Source: Eledone cirrhosa (taxonomy: Eukaryota). Taken from it: DNA of 64,000 nucleotides. The DNA lies in contig OZ024741.1 in the NCBI GenBank assembly GCA_964016885.1, forward strand, positions 347,014,001 through 347,078,000, in the 5' to 3' direction. Numbering within the stretch: position 1 is the first letter of the stretch; the number at the start of each line of letters is the position of its first letter. Under the pieces are notes generated by a model, which was not told the DNA's origin, ran no database searches, and saw only the letters and a program-made list of their open reading frames with translations. Position numbers and translations under genes: made by a program. This document shows positions 1 through 13,380 of this stretch, piece after piece.

Positions 1-523
1 GGCAAGCTCGTGGTATTCAATATCGAACGGAGGATTCAGTTTTTCAACAGGTTTTTCGTTCTGCCTAGGACCGGAGTGATAGGCTATATATGTTGCTGCT
101 ACATGCGGCCTATCGTATCTATAGCTGTCACGTGTTAATATATATATAATATAATTATATATATATAAGAAATATATATATAATATAATTATATATATAA
201 TATATATATAATATAATTATATATATATAAGAAAGTAAGTCCATAGATTCATTTGATGAAATATATACAGTATTTCTCCTCCCAATCAGCATAATTAACC
301 ACACAGAAAACCAATTAAACGAGGCTATAAGTTTAAAATGTACCTATGAAGAAACAATAGATAAATAAATGATAGCTATTTTATCCGCGATCAACAGCCA
401 CAGAAGATTTACCTAGTATTTCTAATAGCCCGAAGAAATTGATTAGACATATAGCCAACCATACAGGATTAGGTATAAAATCAAAGTTAGAATAAAAAAT
501 GTACATAAACATACCAAAATTAT

Positions 524-605
524 GTTTCTACCCCAGAGGTTTCATTCGCCTTTTGGAAATATCCGATTATGGATAAATTCACGAGTTTCGAAATCATCAG
601 GAAAC
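524..605 (-). ncRNA. Type I hammerhead ribozyme (family A)
   Basis: Minus strand GTTTC-CTGATGA-long helix II-GAAA-CCTCTGGGG-TA-GAAAC; helix I GTTTC/GAAAC. Confidence 0.75.
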
Positions 606-1179
606 GAACTCAATTGAACAAAGATTTTTCTTAAATGATCCCCGCCAGAAACGAGTTCAAAATGGTTAAGAATTGTCAGATGGCCAGTTGTCAAGTCAGA
701 AAGCTTGTGATTGGTGCCTGACGGCGAGAAGGCTGGTTGCTAAGAAGCGCAGCCGAATACTGCCTACATTTTTACTCAACTATACGGGAGTATATAAAAT
801 ATATAGGTTTAAATATACATAAACTAGAAAGAGCCATAGATATATATATGTGTTTTTGGCAACCATTCACGGTGTGGTTCAATGACGAATTAATTAATTA
901 AATAATCAACAATGAGAGCATTATATAAGAAAGTAAGTCAATAGAATCTTTTCATAAAACCTACATAATTGATAAAACCTATATATTTTATATACTCCAG
1001 TATAGTTGAGTAAATATTTAGGCTGTATTCGGCTGCGCTTTCTAGCAACCAGCCTATTCGCCCTCAGGCACCAATCACAAGCTTTCTGGCTTGACCACTG
1101 GCCATGTGACAATTCTTAGCCATTTTGAACACATTTCTGGCGGAGATCATTTAAGAAAAATCTTTGTCCAATTGAGTTC

Positions 1180-1262
1180 GTTTCCTGATGATTTCGAAAC
1201 TCGTGAATTTATCCATGATCGGATATTTCCAAAAGGCGAATGAAACCTCTTGGGGTAGAAAC
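1180..1262 (+). ncRNA. Type I hammerhead ribozyme (family A)
   Basis: GTTTC CTGATGA T TTCG...CGAA T GAAA CCTC TT GGGG TA GAAAC. Confidence 0.75.
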
Positions 1263-1668
1263 ATAATTTTGGTATGTTTATGTACATTTTTTCTTCTAAC
1301 TTTGATTTTGTACCTAATTCTGTATGGTTGGCTATATGTCTAATCAATTTCTACGGGCTATTAGAGATAATAGGTAAATCTTCTGTGGCTGTTGATCGCA
1401 GATAAAATAGCTATCATTTATTTATCTATTGTTTCTTCATAGGTACATGTTAAACTTATAGCCTCGTTTAATTGTTTTTTTTATGTTGTTAATTATGCTG
1501 ATTTGGAGGAGAAATACTGTATATATTTTATCAAATGATTCTATGGACTTACTTTCTTATATATTGCTCTGATTGTTGATTATTTAATTAATTCGTCATT
1601 GAGCCACACTGAATGTTTGCCAAAAACACTCATATATATATATATATGGCTCTGTCTATGTAGACCTA

Positions 1669-1717
<49 letters not shown>

Positions 1718-1727
1718 TTTGTGATAC

Positions 1728-1791
<64 letters not shown>

Positions 1792-2091
1792 CTCGCACAC
1801 CTCCTCTTGTTATATATATATATATATATATATATATAAGTAGTAACACAACAGTTAGTTCACCATAGCGAGAGTAATATAATTGTTACTCTTGTGCGAT
1901 TCTTTAGATCGGACGGGTAATGGGTATACCGAACAGAAAAGGGGGAAACGACCGTATGAACGCGCATGCGCAGGGACTGTTACTTCTTGCAAGCGATAAA
2001 AAACCACGATCGAAAGGTGTAAGGGAGATAATTGCAAATGTCCGGAATAAACTGTTCGAGTTGATTAGACATTTTGGAATCTTGATGTTAT

Positions 2092-2421
2092 TCAATCCGG
2101 AGCTTTGTAGCTACGCAATAAGTGTTTCCAGACGTGTGGACAACGTGAGAATAGTTCATTTCTTGAATTTAGGCAATCGCTATTGCGTAATCCCCTTAGA
2201 ATAATTATCCTTTCTTCAATACATAGTCCACAATACGGATTACCCCTTGCGTATGGCTTGGACTTAGTAACAGCTTTCCATTGAAGGGAGTAGTCTATAC
2301 CTGTGTCTTTGAAGGACCATACGTGGCTCGAGCGCTTCGTGGATGATCGTTTGTCCGTGTACCTAAAGGTCGACAGATGATTCAGGAAGCGTTCTTTAAA
2401 CAGCCCCTCCTCCATAACCAC
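2092..2421 (-). pseudogene. PLE GIY-YIG endonuclease C-terminal remnant
   Basis: FKERFLNH..F, HVWSFKD, YSLQW, CGLCIEE, LNSRNELFSRCPH parallel the C-terminus of the 21618 ORF; a plus-strand PLE fragment (IFNRH.I..YSC.KN) lies at ~2550-2630. Confidence 0.8.
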
Positions 2422-3094
2422 ATAGGATTTGACCTCTTTTTGTTGATTTGGTCGGTTGGAAGTGACCAGAGCTTCATATACTACAGCGGGTGTGTTGCAT
2501 TGCTGTTGAAGTGGACAAGCTTCAAGCTTTCAGCAAGAACATCCTGGTGGAGTGCCGCTCCATCTTTAACAGACACAGAATACAAGTAGGGTACTCCTGC
2601 GCTAAGAATATGAAGGCCCACATCACCAACAGCCCTTGGAACGGCACCAGGATGGTCTTGTCGAAAGCCTGAAGATTGTCCTCTTCAGCTTTACTACTGT
2701 CAATGTTGAACTGACTATTACCACAGTCACGACCAGTGGTAGCCGTGGTTGTGGTAGACGTATTGGTGGTGGTGTTGTTTTTGTTGCTCATAATGTAAGA
2801 CATTGTAGTGGTAGCGGTGGTGGTATTGCAGTTCTGAATGATCCGAGATGTTTCTGAGATATTTGCCAGAGAATTGTGATCAAAGTAACGGAATTTCTCC
2901 AGAGATATAGAAGCACTAATGTGGCCATCACTGATGACAAAAGTTGTCTCCATAAATATATATATATATTTTTGCTTAAACTTTAATCTGTTATTTTAAT
3001 AAATATTTGCTGTATGATTTTATATATTTTTTATATATATATTATCCTTGTCGAGCCCTCTTCGGATTTTATTCTTCACATTTATTATTATTAC

Positions 3095-3148
<54 letters not shown>

Positions 3149-3184
3149 GATTATTATTATTATATCATTATTATTACTATTATA

Positions 3185-3375
3185 TATGGCGGTGGATTGG
3201 CAGTATCGGTGGAGGGTCAGACAGCATGATTTCCACCAGAGTTACGTCCCTTTACTGTTTGAGTTCAAATCAATTCGAGGTTAACTTTGCCTTTCATCTT
3301 TACGGGGTCGATAAAATAAAGTACCAGAAATGACTAGTAATTGCTGGTCTTGTGCCTAAAGTAGAAACAATTATT
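3185..3375 (+). mobile_element. tRNA-derived SINE (octopus-type), degenerate
   Basis: B-box-like GAGTTCAAATC then TTAACTTTGCCTTTCATC..GGGGTCGATAAAATAAAGTACCAG and GGTCTTGTGCCTAAAGTAGAAAC; repeated at 38515-38730 and 56840-57230. Confidence 0.7.
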
Positions 3376-4082
3376 ACTATGATATATATATGTATATATA
3401 CCCTGTAAGTAAACAGAGAAACATTAAAGAAACCTGACTCAAACTTGGTCTAATAAAAGAAATATTAATCTTTATTATTCCTTACCATTAATAGTAGTAA
3501 CGAATATATTTATACATATACACATAGAACTATCATCAAATATTATAATTTGTCCAATGTTGAATCAAATTTAAAGAAGCGAAATATTATTTAATAATCA
3601 AAGAAGATATTATTCTGCACCAGCTCCTAGGTATGGCAGATGTTTGTTTAACGTCTATAGGCCAATCAATCAAAATGAATATAGCGTTTGATAATGAAAA
3701 ATTCATAATCAATTTTCCAGACACTCAGGAAATTTATTGTAAATATAACATCTTTAACGGAATATGTCGTGAGGGCAATTTTATGGCAAAGCAACGAGAG
3801 AATAGTTATTTTATATGGGTGTGTATAATAGGAAATACTGATTTCCGATTAAGAAAATTTATAGTTTGATTGTTCGATAAAGTTATAGTAATGCGCCGAT
3901 AAAAATATAGTGCAGAATACGACGATATGGATCTTTTGTATGGAGGCTCACGGGAATACACACATACGTACCCTTCCCCCATATATATATATATACACAT
4001 ACACACACACACATTCACACACATTCACACTCATACATACACACACACACAAACACAAACACACAGAAAGACACCTATGTAA

Positions 4083-4153
<71 letters not shown>

Positions 4154-4164
4154 TATATATATAT

Positions 4165-4343
4165 ATAGCACAGAAGATGTGGTAAGATGCCAGGGGGATC
4201 ATAACGCACGAGAGTACTCGATTCTTCGGGTAGTAGAGTAGGTAATAGGGGAAAAAGTCAGGACCCCGACAGCTGAGCTCTGGCCGTTTCGGTTCTAGCT
4301 GTCGAAACAGCCGGAACTCAGCCGTTGTGGTCCTGACTCTTTT

Positions 4344-4350
<7 letters not shown>
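4165..4350. mobile_element. Short fold-back of family B (3' half of HHR only)
   Basis: GACCCCGACAGCTGAGCTC..GTTTCG / CGAAACAGCC..CTCAGCCG inverted pair; homologous to 11340-11470; in (TA)n. Confidence 0.7.
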
Positions 4351-4403
<53 letters not shown>

Positions 4404-4739
4404 GCGAAAAGTAAGTGGATCAATAAATCAACCATCAGAGTGAAAAGTAGAAAGTACTTCTTTTTCGTATTTGTTTCGCACTATTTGTGATGAGACATAG
4501 TACGTTGAAACTGATATTGTTATACGTTATTAGGGTCATGCTGTATGCGTGTGTGTATAAGCATAAAAGCCTCACCTGCAGTAGAGTAACAAACGAATAT
4601 ATAGTTGTTAAATGTCACACTAATGGATGAGTTTTCCTCAAACGCGTGTACATTTCAATTAACTCATAGTGGTGTGCATCATTATATAGTAATTTATCTA
4701 TATACGAGTATATATATACTAGAGAATATATTTAAATTC

Positions 4740-4831
<92 letters not shown>

Positions 4832-7666
4832 GTGTGTGTATGTGGATGTGTGCGCGAGTGAATGCGTGTGTGGGTGTGTGTGTGTTTCCTATATGCGTGT
4901 AAATGTAATATGAATTAGCATTGTGATTGAAATATCTTAAATGAAACTTGTTTGGATAACTGTCACGTATAGTGTACCTTTATTTCAAATGATCAGCTTT
5001 AATATAACTTGTGCCTATCTTAATATGATTGAGAATTGATTCGGTGATACACGTGGAATGCTACAGTTCTTGGCGTTTCATTTCAAGAGCGCAGTATTCG
5101 ATCAACCAGCTGGAAAAAACATCGCCGAATCTGAAGGAATTATATTCTTTATTTATATTTATAGCATTATTAATGGGCGAGGTTTGCCGCCATAAATTTG
5201 TATATACCCTCCAAAGAAGTTGATGGGTGGCATATTTTCACAAACATTAGCATTTGTTTGCAACTCTGGAACACGAAATGGCATGAAATATTTGATAAAT
5301 TAGTGAATGGTTTATATCTATCATTGAAGGTTTCCGTCATGTTTTCTGAATACATATAACCGAGTTTATGATGTTTTTCATAATTAGTTAAGGCAATGAT
5401 GTAAATAATAGCATGGAATATTTATTATACAAACCAGCCTCCTGCATACATATACGTTATGAGGGATAGCAGGATATTCTACACGTTTACTTTGTTGATT
5501 GGGTAAATATGCATGAAATTAATAAAAGAGTCATAAATTATGAATGAAGGTCTTTGTTTGAAAGAGAATTGAGGGGAACAAACTTGAAATTTTTGCCGAT
5601 GAAAACCTTCAATGAATGCACATTAACATCAATGACTGCTCAATATGAGGTCTGAAACTTTGACTTATCCGAATCAGATTATCGTTAACTATATTGCACA
5701 TTGTGCTAGCTATGAGAGACTTTATCATAAGCGTTACGAAAGACTAGCTATGAGAGACTTTATCATAAGGTTACGAAAGCGTTAAATTACTTCCATCTCA
5801 ACTACGTCCCATCTGTATTACCCAACATTTTCATGTCTAGAGGCTCAACAAGCGCCATGCTCGAATAAACGTTTTTTTTTTTACTTTGAGGTCAATACGT
5901 TTCCTCCCAATAGCACAGGACAGGTATTAAAGGTATTTATACATAACTTTTCCGATCCTCTTGAAACTTTGAGCTCCTCAACAATGGTATTAACTTACTT
6001 TCTAGGAAATTTATCGATACGTTTCTTCCCTTTTCATCTGAAGTTGAGTGTGTTTATGGTATTGGAACCATTTAAAGGCAATTTACGTTTAGCTACTGTT
6101 GTAAAACCCCGGTTCATTACTTCCAGAAAACATACTATGCTCTACCTTCAATGAAACGACTACAGCTTGTCTTTTCATTTGCTTAGTATGCTTATTAACT
6201 TTTATCTTCTATCTGACAAAAACATGGTAATCAGAACAAATTAGAAACGTGTTAGTGCTTTTAAAATTCGTATCCTCAAAGAACTAAGAAACCCTAGTTA
6301 AACTGGGTGCATCTAGATATTTTAGTATTCGCAATGATAATATAAATATCAGAAATGAGCCCTAATTCGACTTCATCGACGCAAAACATGAGATCAAAAT
6401 TTCTAAGCATTTTGCCAGTTTCCCAATTTTCAGGGTATGGGGTTAATTTTAAATTTAATTTTCCCGAGGGCACATAACACTCATCTAGTGGGTTACATAC
6501 GCGTTTTGAACCGATCACAAGATCAGTATTTTATTAATAATCATTCAGCTATTTCAGAATATATAGTAGAATTTGAAGTGAAAATATGCATTTATATTAC
6601 TTACTAACATATGGCAATCTTACTGTGCAGACTGCGTTTTCAATCAACAAGTTTTCACATATAATAGCTAATATCTATTTGAGTATTAACAAAGAAATTA
6701 ACAGTTAATACGTAAAAAAAGAAGAAATACAAATATTCCATGACATAAAATAATATGACATTATTGAACTGTTCATAATATTCGTTTCATATAGACATTC
6801 GCTTAATTGAAATAGAGAAATTGCCATCGGATAAACTTAATTGGGGAGAGAGAAACGACTACATGTGAAAAATTGATCAAAGAAGATTCATTTCGTTAGC
6901 TATATCTTGTTGGTTGATTACACTCTTGTGTATTCATACATTCTTATAGAAACAGAGACACACTCTCATGCATGATAACTGAAATATATATACATGAATA
7001 TGTGTGTACATGTTAAATGAATATTTCAAAATTAATTCGGTTTGATAAGAAATCAATCACGACGAATTCTGTCTCACTCGATCTACAAACACACACACAC
7101 GTACGTACACATGCACACACAAACATGCACGCACATACATATATATGTATGTAAGTTGAGAAATATATATATATACATACACACACACACATATATATAT
7201 ATATAAATATGCATACATATATATATATATTTATATATATATATATATAAATATGTAATTGAATATAAAAGAAAAACACAGATATGTATTTGTATGTGTT
7301 CAAATCGTAAGGTGAAAATAATACTAACTATAGACAATAGGGGTGCCAGACTCAATTTAAGAATAAATCAAGAAAATAAATACAAACCGGAATTGTGGTA
7401 ACTACCAATCACCCAGACAGCTTTGGTAATGCTGTTTCGCAAAATTAATTGTGAAGCGGAATACCAATTCTTGCTCATGAGTCTGGCACACCTATTGTCT
7501 GTAGTTAGTATTCTTTTTACCTCAGGTACCTTACAAATCTGGTACCTTACGATTTGAACTCATTTTCTTTTATATTCAATTATAAAAAACGGCTCGGAAA
7601 AATCTCTCTCCTAGAGCTATTTTATTGTAAGTGACTATTTTGATTCTCTAACTCAATATATACCTT

Positions 7667-7718
<52 letters not shown>

Positions 7719-7721
<3 letters not shown>

Positions 7722-8147
7722 GGAAAAATTTGAACAGGGACAAAACAGAGAGGCAGTACAACAAATGTTTATTAATTTCACGCTCTGGAGAGTGGGGTGT
7801 TGGTGGGGGACGACGTTTCGGGCATAAGCCCTTCCTCAGGTGGGAAGTGTGTGGGAACAGCGTTCAAAGGGTGTGTAGGGGAGTGGTGGAGAGACATATA
7901 GCGAAAGGAAACGGTACGAATGAAAAAATAAAAAATAAAGATAAAAATAAAAATAAAGCATGATCAAAATACAAGGAATGAGATAAATTTAAAAATAAAG
8001 GCATGATCAAAATAAACTGAAATTAAAAGGGGGTTAAACAGGTGGTGGAAGGGTGTGGGGTGTGTAGGGGTGGTGGCGGGTGGAGTGGGGAGAGGGAGAC
8101 GGGGTGTCCGAGCGGGGAGGGCTGAAGGTGGTGTGTGTGTGTAGGTA

Positions 8148-8183
<36 letters not shown>

Positions 8184-8290
8184 AAAGTAAGGGTTGGGGG
8201 AAGAACGGGGTTGCATGTTCAGGAAGAGGTGTGTGTGTGGGGGGGGGGAAGTTTGTGGGTCGGAGTGTCTGTGCGTGTGTGGAAATATAT
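7719..8290 (-). mobile_element. 3' end of a PLE-like element, family G (GT-rich)
   Basis: Highly similar to 62470-63000; minus strand has an HHR-like core followed by AATAAA; abuts (TA)n. Confidence 0.7.
7810..7841 (-). ncRNA. Minimal HHR-like motif (family G)
   Basis: AC CTGAGGA A GGGC TTAT GCCC GAAACGTC GT; palindromic ACGT helix III; helix I only 2 bp. Confidence 0.45.
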
Positions 8291-8319
8291 ATAACTAGCA
8301 ATGAAATGCATATATAACT

Positions 8320-9693
8320 AGCAATGAAATGCACATTATATTATCGGCAAGGAAAACATTGATAGAATTTAATAACCAACTCTGGACTTGGGCAGATAGA
8401 GATAATAATTCCGACATAACTATGGGATCATCAGACTCAGCTCAGGTAACGGACCTTGTGGGCCTATTTATAATTAATTCGCTACATAGAAAAATACCAG
8501 GTGTAACCGGAGGATTATATCGTGATGACATGCTTTTACTTATTGAAAATAATAGCTGTGAACTAAATAGAAAAAAAACAACTTATACAATTTTTTAATT
8601 ACCTTAATCTAAAAATAGAAATAGAGAATAACCATAGAATAGTCAATTTTCTGGATGTAACACTAAATCTCAACACATGTCTTCATTATCCATTTCACAA
8701 ACTAAATGAGAACTTGAATTATGTCAATTTTAACTCTAATCACCCCAGATCTGTTAAAAATACTATAGTGAACTCTGTTCAAGAACGAATTTCAAGAATT
8801 TCATCTAATAAAAATATTTTTGATGAAAAAGCGCAGTATTACAATGAAGCGTTAGGTAGAGCAGGATATAGAGATAAAATTAAATACATCGATAATAATA
8901 ATAAGCAAACTAACCAAAATAATAACAATTTCAATTACGGTAACAACTTTAACAACTATAATAGAAAACATTACAATAATTCCAAAAGCCGAAAAAGAAA
9001 TAGAACTAGAAATATATTATGGTTTGCCCCCCCCCCCCTTTCTCACTAAATATTAAAACCCATATTGCTAAACTATTCTTTAATGCTCTTGACAAACGCT
9101 TCCCTAGAACACATAAATATTACTCAATTTTTAATAGACACACTATAAAATTAACTTACTCGTCCACCAAAAATTTAGCACAAAATATTAATAGAATTAA
9201 TAATAGGAATGTAAAACCTAACCAAAATAGCAATAATAACCCAAACAATATTCAATTAAATAACTGTAACTGTAGAAATAAATCTAACTGTCCGTTAAAT
9301 AACAACTGCTTAGCTAAAAATGTAGTGTACAATTGTAATGTTAAAACTAATTTAAATTCTTTCAACTATGTTGGTTCCACCTCGACAGAATTTAAACTTC
9401 GCTTCAATAATCATAAGAATTCTTTCACAAATCCAAACAAAAAATCTTCAACTTCGCTATCTAGCCTACTCTGGCACCTTAAACGAGGTAATATTAAATA
9501 TTCGATGAATTGGAATATTATTTCCAAAGCTACTCCTTTTAATTCCCCTTCAGAAAATTGTGATCTTTGTATAGAAGAAATATTCTTTATATTAAAGTCC
9601 AAAAATTCACTTAATTTAAGGAGCAATTTATTCAGTTGCTGCAGACATAGATTGAACTCAATGTTTAAATATAAATATAAGTTTAAAATGTAG
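8320..9693 (+). pseudogene. 5'-truncated, frameshifted PLE RT-GIY-YIG ORF with Asn-rich inserts
   Basis: DITMGSSDSAQVTDLVG, GGLYRDD, NSNHP, WFAPP, CNCRNKSNCPLNNNC, YVGST..FKLRFNNH, CDLCIEE across ORFs 8329, 8714 and 9019. Confidence 0.9.
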
Positions 9694-11147
9694 TATAATT
9701 AATTAAGAAATTTAGTTAATATATGAAACCTGTCGATGAATCATTAGATTCCTTCACCTTTTTCATTTTAAACTTTCTTCCTAAATATAAACTAGGATGT
9801 AATAAACTACTCTAAAATGTATATGCTCCCAATGTATTAAATAAAATATACGTAAGATAAATTTTTATACTAAATATATGGGTATCCGTAGAAACACTGG
9901 GTCTTCTAAATCTTTTAAATTATTTTTATTTTTTTATTTGCTTTGACTCTGATAGCTTCTAATAACTTTCATAAGTCTACCCTTTCGATATATTGTTTGA
10001 GATATAGGTAGGATAAATTTCTATGCTAAATATATAAAACATATTATTTTAACTTGAGATACTCTATAGTGTTTTAAAGATATTTAATGCTTTGATACTT
10101 CTATATTAATATATTGATATTTGATTATCTCTATACAAATGTCATATGTGTGTATTAACATGCATATAAAAGTGTTATGGGGTCTATTTATGTTTGTATA
10201 TATGTCTGTATATATACATGAGCGATGCTGGAGGACTCACGCAGATATTTATTTATACATATGTATGTGTATATATGTATGTGTGTACATGTGATGTATG
10301 TTGCAGATACGCATAATATTAAATACATGAACGGTAATCGTATATATGAGGACATGAATATTAATCGTATATTTATGTATATATACTGTGAACTTTTTAT
10401 AACACAAGGAGTGTATAGCAGTGATCAAGTGAAATCATTTGCGCTTTGTGTGTCTATATTATTGGCTTGAGTAGACATAATTTCTATTTTCAGGACGTAC
10501 ATATGTGTGTATATATATATACATATTTGTATCCTGATTTTTATAAATAGGGTACTTTTTGAAAGATTTAACTCAGATTTTGGTATATTGATCTCAAGTT
10601 TTTAAACTAAACATATGGTCATTATTGAACAATGTTATTTTCTCATATTATATATCTATGTCCCATTCATGAATATTGATATTTATATTTTTATTATTCA
10701 TTTCATATAAATCGTTAACTCAACTTAATATGACATGACGTAAAGTTGTCACTATCTCCCCCTCTCTCTATATAGTATTTTCTTTCTCTTGAGTTTTTCT
10801 ATCTGTATGATGACTTATTATTTCTCTGTTGCTTTCCTTTGTTTTTCTTATTTCTTCCTTATTTCTTTCTTTTTTTTCCTCCTATCTATTTATCTCTTTC
10901 TTTTCTACATACATTTCTCTCTCTCTCCGATATTTCTCCAGGTTTTCTTTTTCTCTCTCCCCTTCTTTCTCTCTCCTTCTCTCTCTCCGTCTTTTTTTTC
11001 TTTCTTTCTCTCCGTCTTTTTCTAATTGTGCATAACACTATAACTAATAAAATAATATAAACATTTCACTATCCAGACAGCTTCTAAAGATAATGGATGC
11101 ATTTAATAGGGTACGTCAAAATTATTTATAAAACTGTTTATATATTG

Positions 11148-11212
11148 TATTTTGTCTGATGAAGGCATACCATATTTTAATTTGGTATCCCTGAAATATG
11201 TATAGTGAAATA
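11148..11212 (+). ncRNA. Hammerhead ribozyme in the 3' region of the decayed PLE
   Basis: TATTTTGT CTGATGA AGG..ATACCA/TGGTAT..CCT GAAA TATGTA TA GTGAAATA; helix I is wobble-rich. Confidence 0.6.
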
Positions 11213-11276
11213 AATATGGTTTTATAAATATAGTTTCCATTTATTAATATCGTATATATATATATATATATATAAA

Positions 11277-11339
<63 letters not shown>

Positions 11340-11430
11340 CAAAGGAAATGTGCTAAGGAACCAGGTGGACCATAACGCACCAACGTACTCAATACTTAGG
11401 GTAGCAGAGTGGGTAATAGGAACAAGTAAG

Positions 11431-11524
11431 ACCCCGACGGCTGAGCTCAAGCCGTTTCGACGGCTATTTGTGGACTGAATGCAAATTTATTCTGGTATTT
11501 AAATAGCTGAGCTTATCAAGGGGT
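11431..11524 (-). ncRNA. HHR, U3-A8 core variant (family B)
   Basis: Reverse complement of 12244-12337; core TTGATAA intact. Confidence 0.75.
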
Positions 11525-11916
11525 AATTCCATATATGGTCAAAGAGATAATCACCACGATTGGTCACATCACAAGTTAGTAGTAAATCTGTGATGGCAAA
11601 TTGGTGGGGGATGGGGTAGCTGAACCTGCCGGTAGGAGAAAAAGGGAGAGGGGGTAGAGTAGACCCATTCATGCGTTAGTAGTGCCGGCTACAGCTGGGT
11701 GTGAGGTCAAAGAAGATACTGGTGAGGGGGAGGGGGAGGAAGTCGAAACGGTAAGTAGAACAATGAAGGGTAAAACTATAAAAAGTACTGAGAGAGAAAA
11801 AAATAAGCAAAGTCTGGTTACTAAGACTTAAGTCTCTCGCTATTGCTAGGCTAAAGAAATACATAAATAAATAAATAAACAAATAAGTGAATAAAAGAAT
11901 AGATAAATAAATAAAA

Positions 11917-11947
<31 letters not shown>

Positions 11948-12243
11948 TATAATGAAGAATAAAAAATAAATAAAAATAAACTAGGTGGGACGGAAAAGGA
12001 GGGACCCTTATACGGGGTATAAGTGCGTGTATCGTAATCGTACGGTGACGGGTCAACAAAGGGGGGGGTCAACATACTAAAGAGACTACCACGAAATAAG
12101 AAAGGTAAATAATAAACGAGACACTAAATTTATCCAGTTCGACATAGAGAGCTACTTCCCCCACCAATTTGCCATCACAGATTTACTACTAACTTGTGAT
12201 GTGACCAATCCTGGTGATTATCCCTTTGACCATATATGGAATT

Positions 12244-12337
12244 ACCCCTTGATAAGCTCGGCTATTTAAATACCAGAATAAATTTTCATTCAGTCCAGAA
12301 TTAGCCGTCGAAACGGCTTGAGCTCAGCCGTCGGGGT
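12244..12337 (+). ncRNA. HHR, U3-A8 core variant (family B)
   Basis: ACCCC TTGATAA G..CGGCT...AGCCG.C GAAA CGGCT TGAGCTC AGCCG TC GGGGT. Confidence 0.8.
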
Positions 12338-12347
12338 CTTACTTGTT

Positions 12348-12425
<78 letters not shown>

Positions 12426-12580
12426 TGTAGCTCTGAAATAGCAACATATATATGGATGTAAATATAATGTATTTTGCAATACACTTTATGCTTAATTAAA
12501 AGCATTTTGAAGACCGTAAGCTATTGTTTTAAAGTAGTGACAAATTCACTCACTTCGATCTCAGCAAACAGGAGGAGATA

Positions 12581-12624
12581 AGCCGACATGACATGGTTCG
12601 CTTTTGTTGAAGCTTATCAAGGCC
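12581..12624 (-). ncRNA. HHR family C, GAAA->GAAC mutant copy
   Basis: Reverse complement of 13029-13072 with one core substitution. Confidence 0.65.
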
Positions 12625-13028
12625 AACTACCCCGCCCGTCTGCTGAGATTAATGATGTTATATTCTTATAGAAATCTAGTAAATAATCAGGAGCTGATTA
12701 TGCAGAGCGGTTGTTGGTCAGGCAGAAATTAAAAATTAGAATTGTAGCTCTGAAATAGCAATTCCTGTTTGCTGAGATCGAAGTGAGTGAATTTGTCACT
12801 ACTTTAAAACAATAGCTTACGGTCTTCAAAATGCTTTTAATTAAGCATAAAGTGTATTGCAAAATACATTATATTTACATCCATATATATATTGCTATTT
12901 CAGAGCTACAATTCTAATTTTTAATTTCTGCCTGACCAACAACCGGTCTGCATAATCAGCTCCTGATTATTTACTAGATTTCTATAAGAATATAACATCA
13001 TTAATCTCAGCAGACGGGCGGGGTAGTT

Positions 13029-13072
13029 GGCCTTGATAAGCTTCAACAAAAGCGAAACATGTCATGTCGGCT
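13029..13072 (+). ncRNA. Compact HHR, U3-A8 variant (family C)
   Basis: GGCC TTGATAA GCTT CAACAA AAGC GAAA CATG T CATG TC GGCT. Confidence 0.85.
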
Positions 13073-13216
13073 TATCTCCTCCTGTTTGCTGAGATCGAAG
13101 TGAGTGAATTTGTCACTACTTTAAAACAATAGCTTACGGTCTTCAAAATGCTTTTAATTAAGCATAAAGTGTATTGCAAAATACATTATATTTACATCCA
13201 TATATATATATATATT

Positions 13217-13255
<39 letters not shown>

Positions 13256-13256
<1 letters not shown>

Positions 13257-13380
13257 AGAAAGATTTGAATGGATACAGTTTAGTTGAAAGGAATTTATTG
13301 ACACGTGTTTCTATAACTGTTATAGAAACACGTGTCAATAAATTCCTTTCAACTAAACTGTATCCATTCAAATCTTTCTA
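13256..13380. repeat. Perfect palindrome, 62-bp arms with 1-nt centre
   Basis: 13256-13317 is the reverse complement of 13319-13380; contains the half-HHR GAAA CACGTG TC AATAAA. Confidence 0.9.

Larger units (their letters stand above)
227..1630. mobile_element. Non-coding fold-back HHR element, family A (~700-nt unit, partial tandem plus inverted arm)
   Basis: 227-~810 is the reverse complement of ~975-1562; ATAAGAAAGTAAGTC recurs at ~227 and ~925; flanked by (TA)n; homologous to 46281-47790. Confidence 0.8.
11340..12352. mobile_element. Non-coding fold-back HHR element, family B
   Basis: ~195-bp inverted repeats (~11415-11610 / ~12158-12352); both ends in (TA)n; homologues at 4165, 38890, 39115-40150 and 46015. 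Confidence 0.8.
12421..13205. mobile_element. Fold-back HHR element, family C (317-nt permuted unit)
   Basis: AGAATTGTAGCTCTG at 12421 and 12738; CCTGTTTGCTGAGATCG at 12764 and 13081; 12764-13205 is inverted relative to 12421-12763. Confidence 0.85.

Noticed and set aside
7260-7620. Inverted-repeat element with an HHR-like fold at 7413-7486 (minus)
   Set aside because: Core reads CTCATGA and helix I is out of register; at most a dead relic, so not counted
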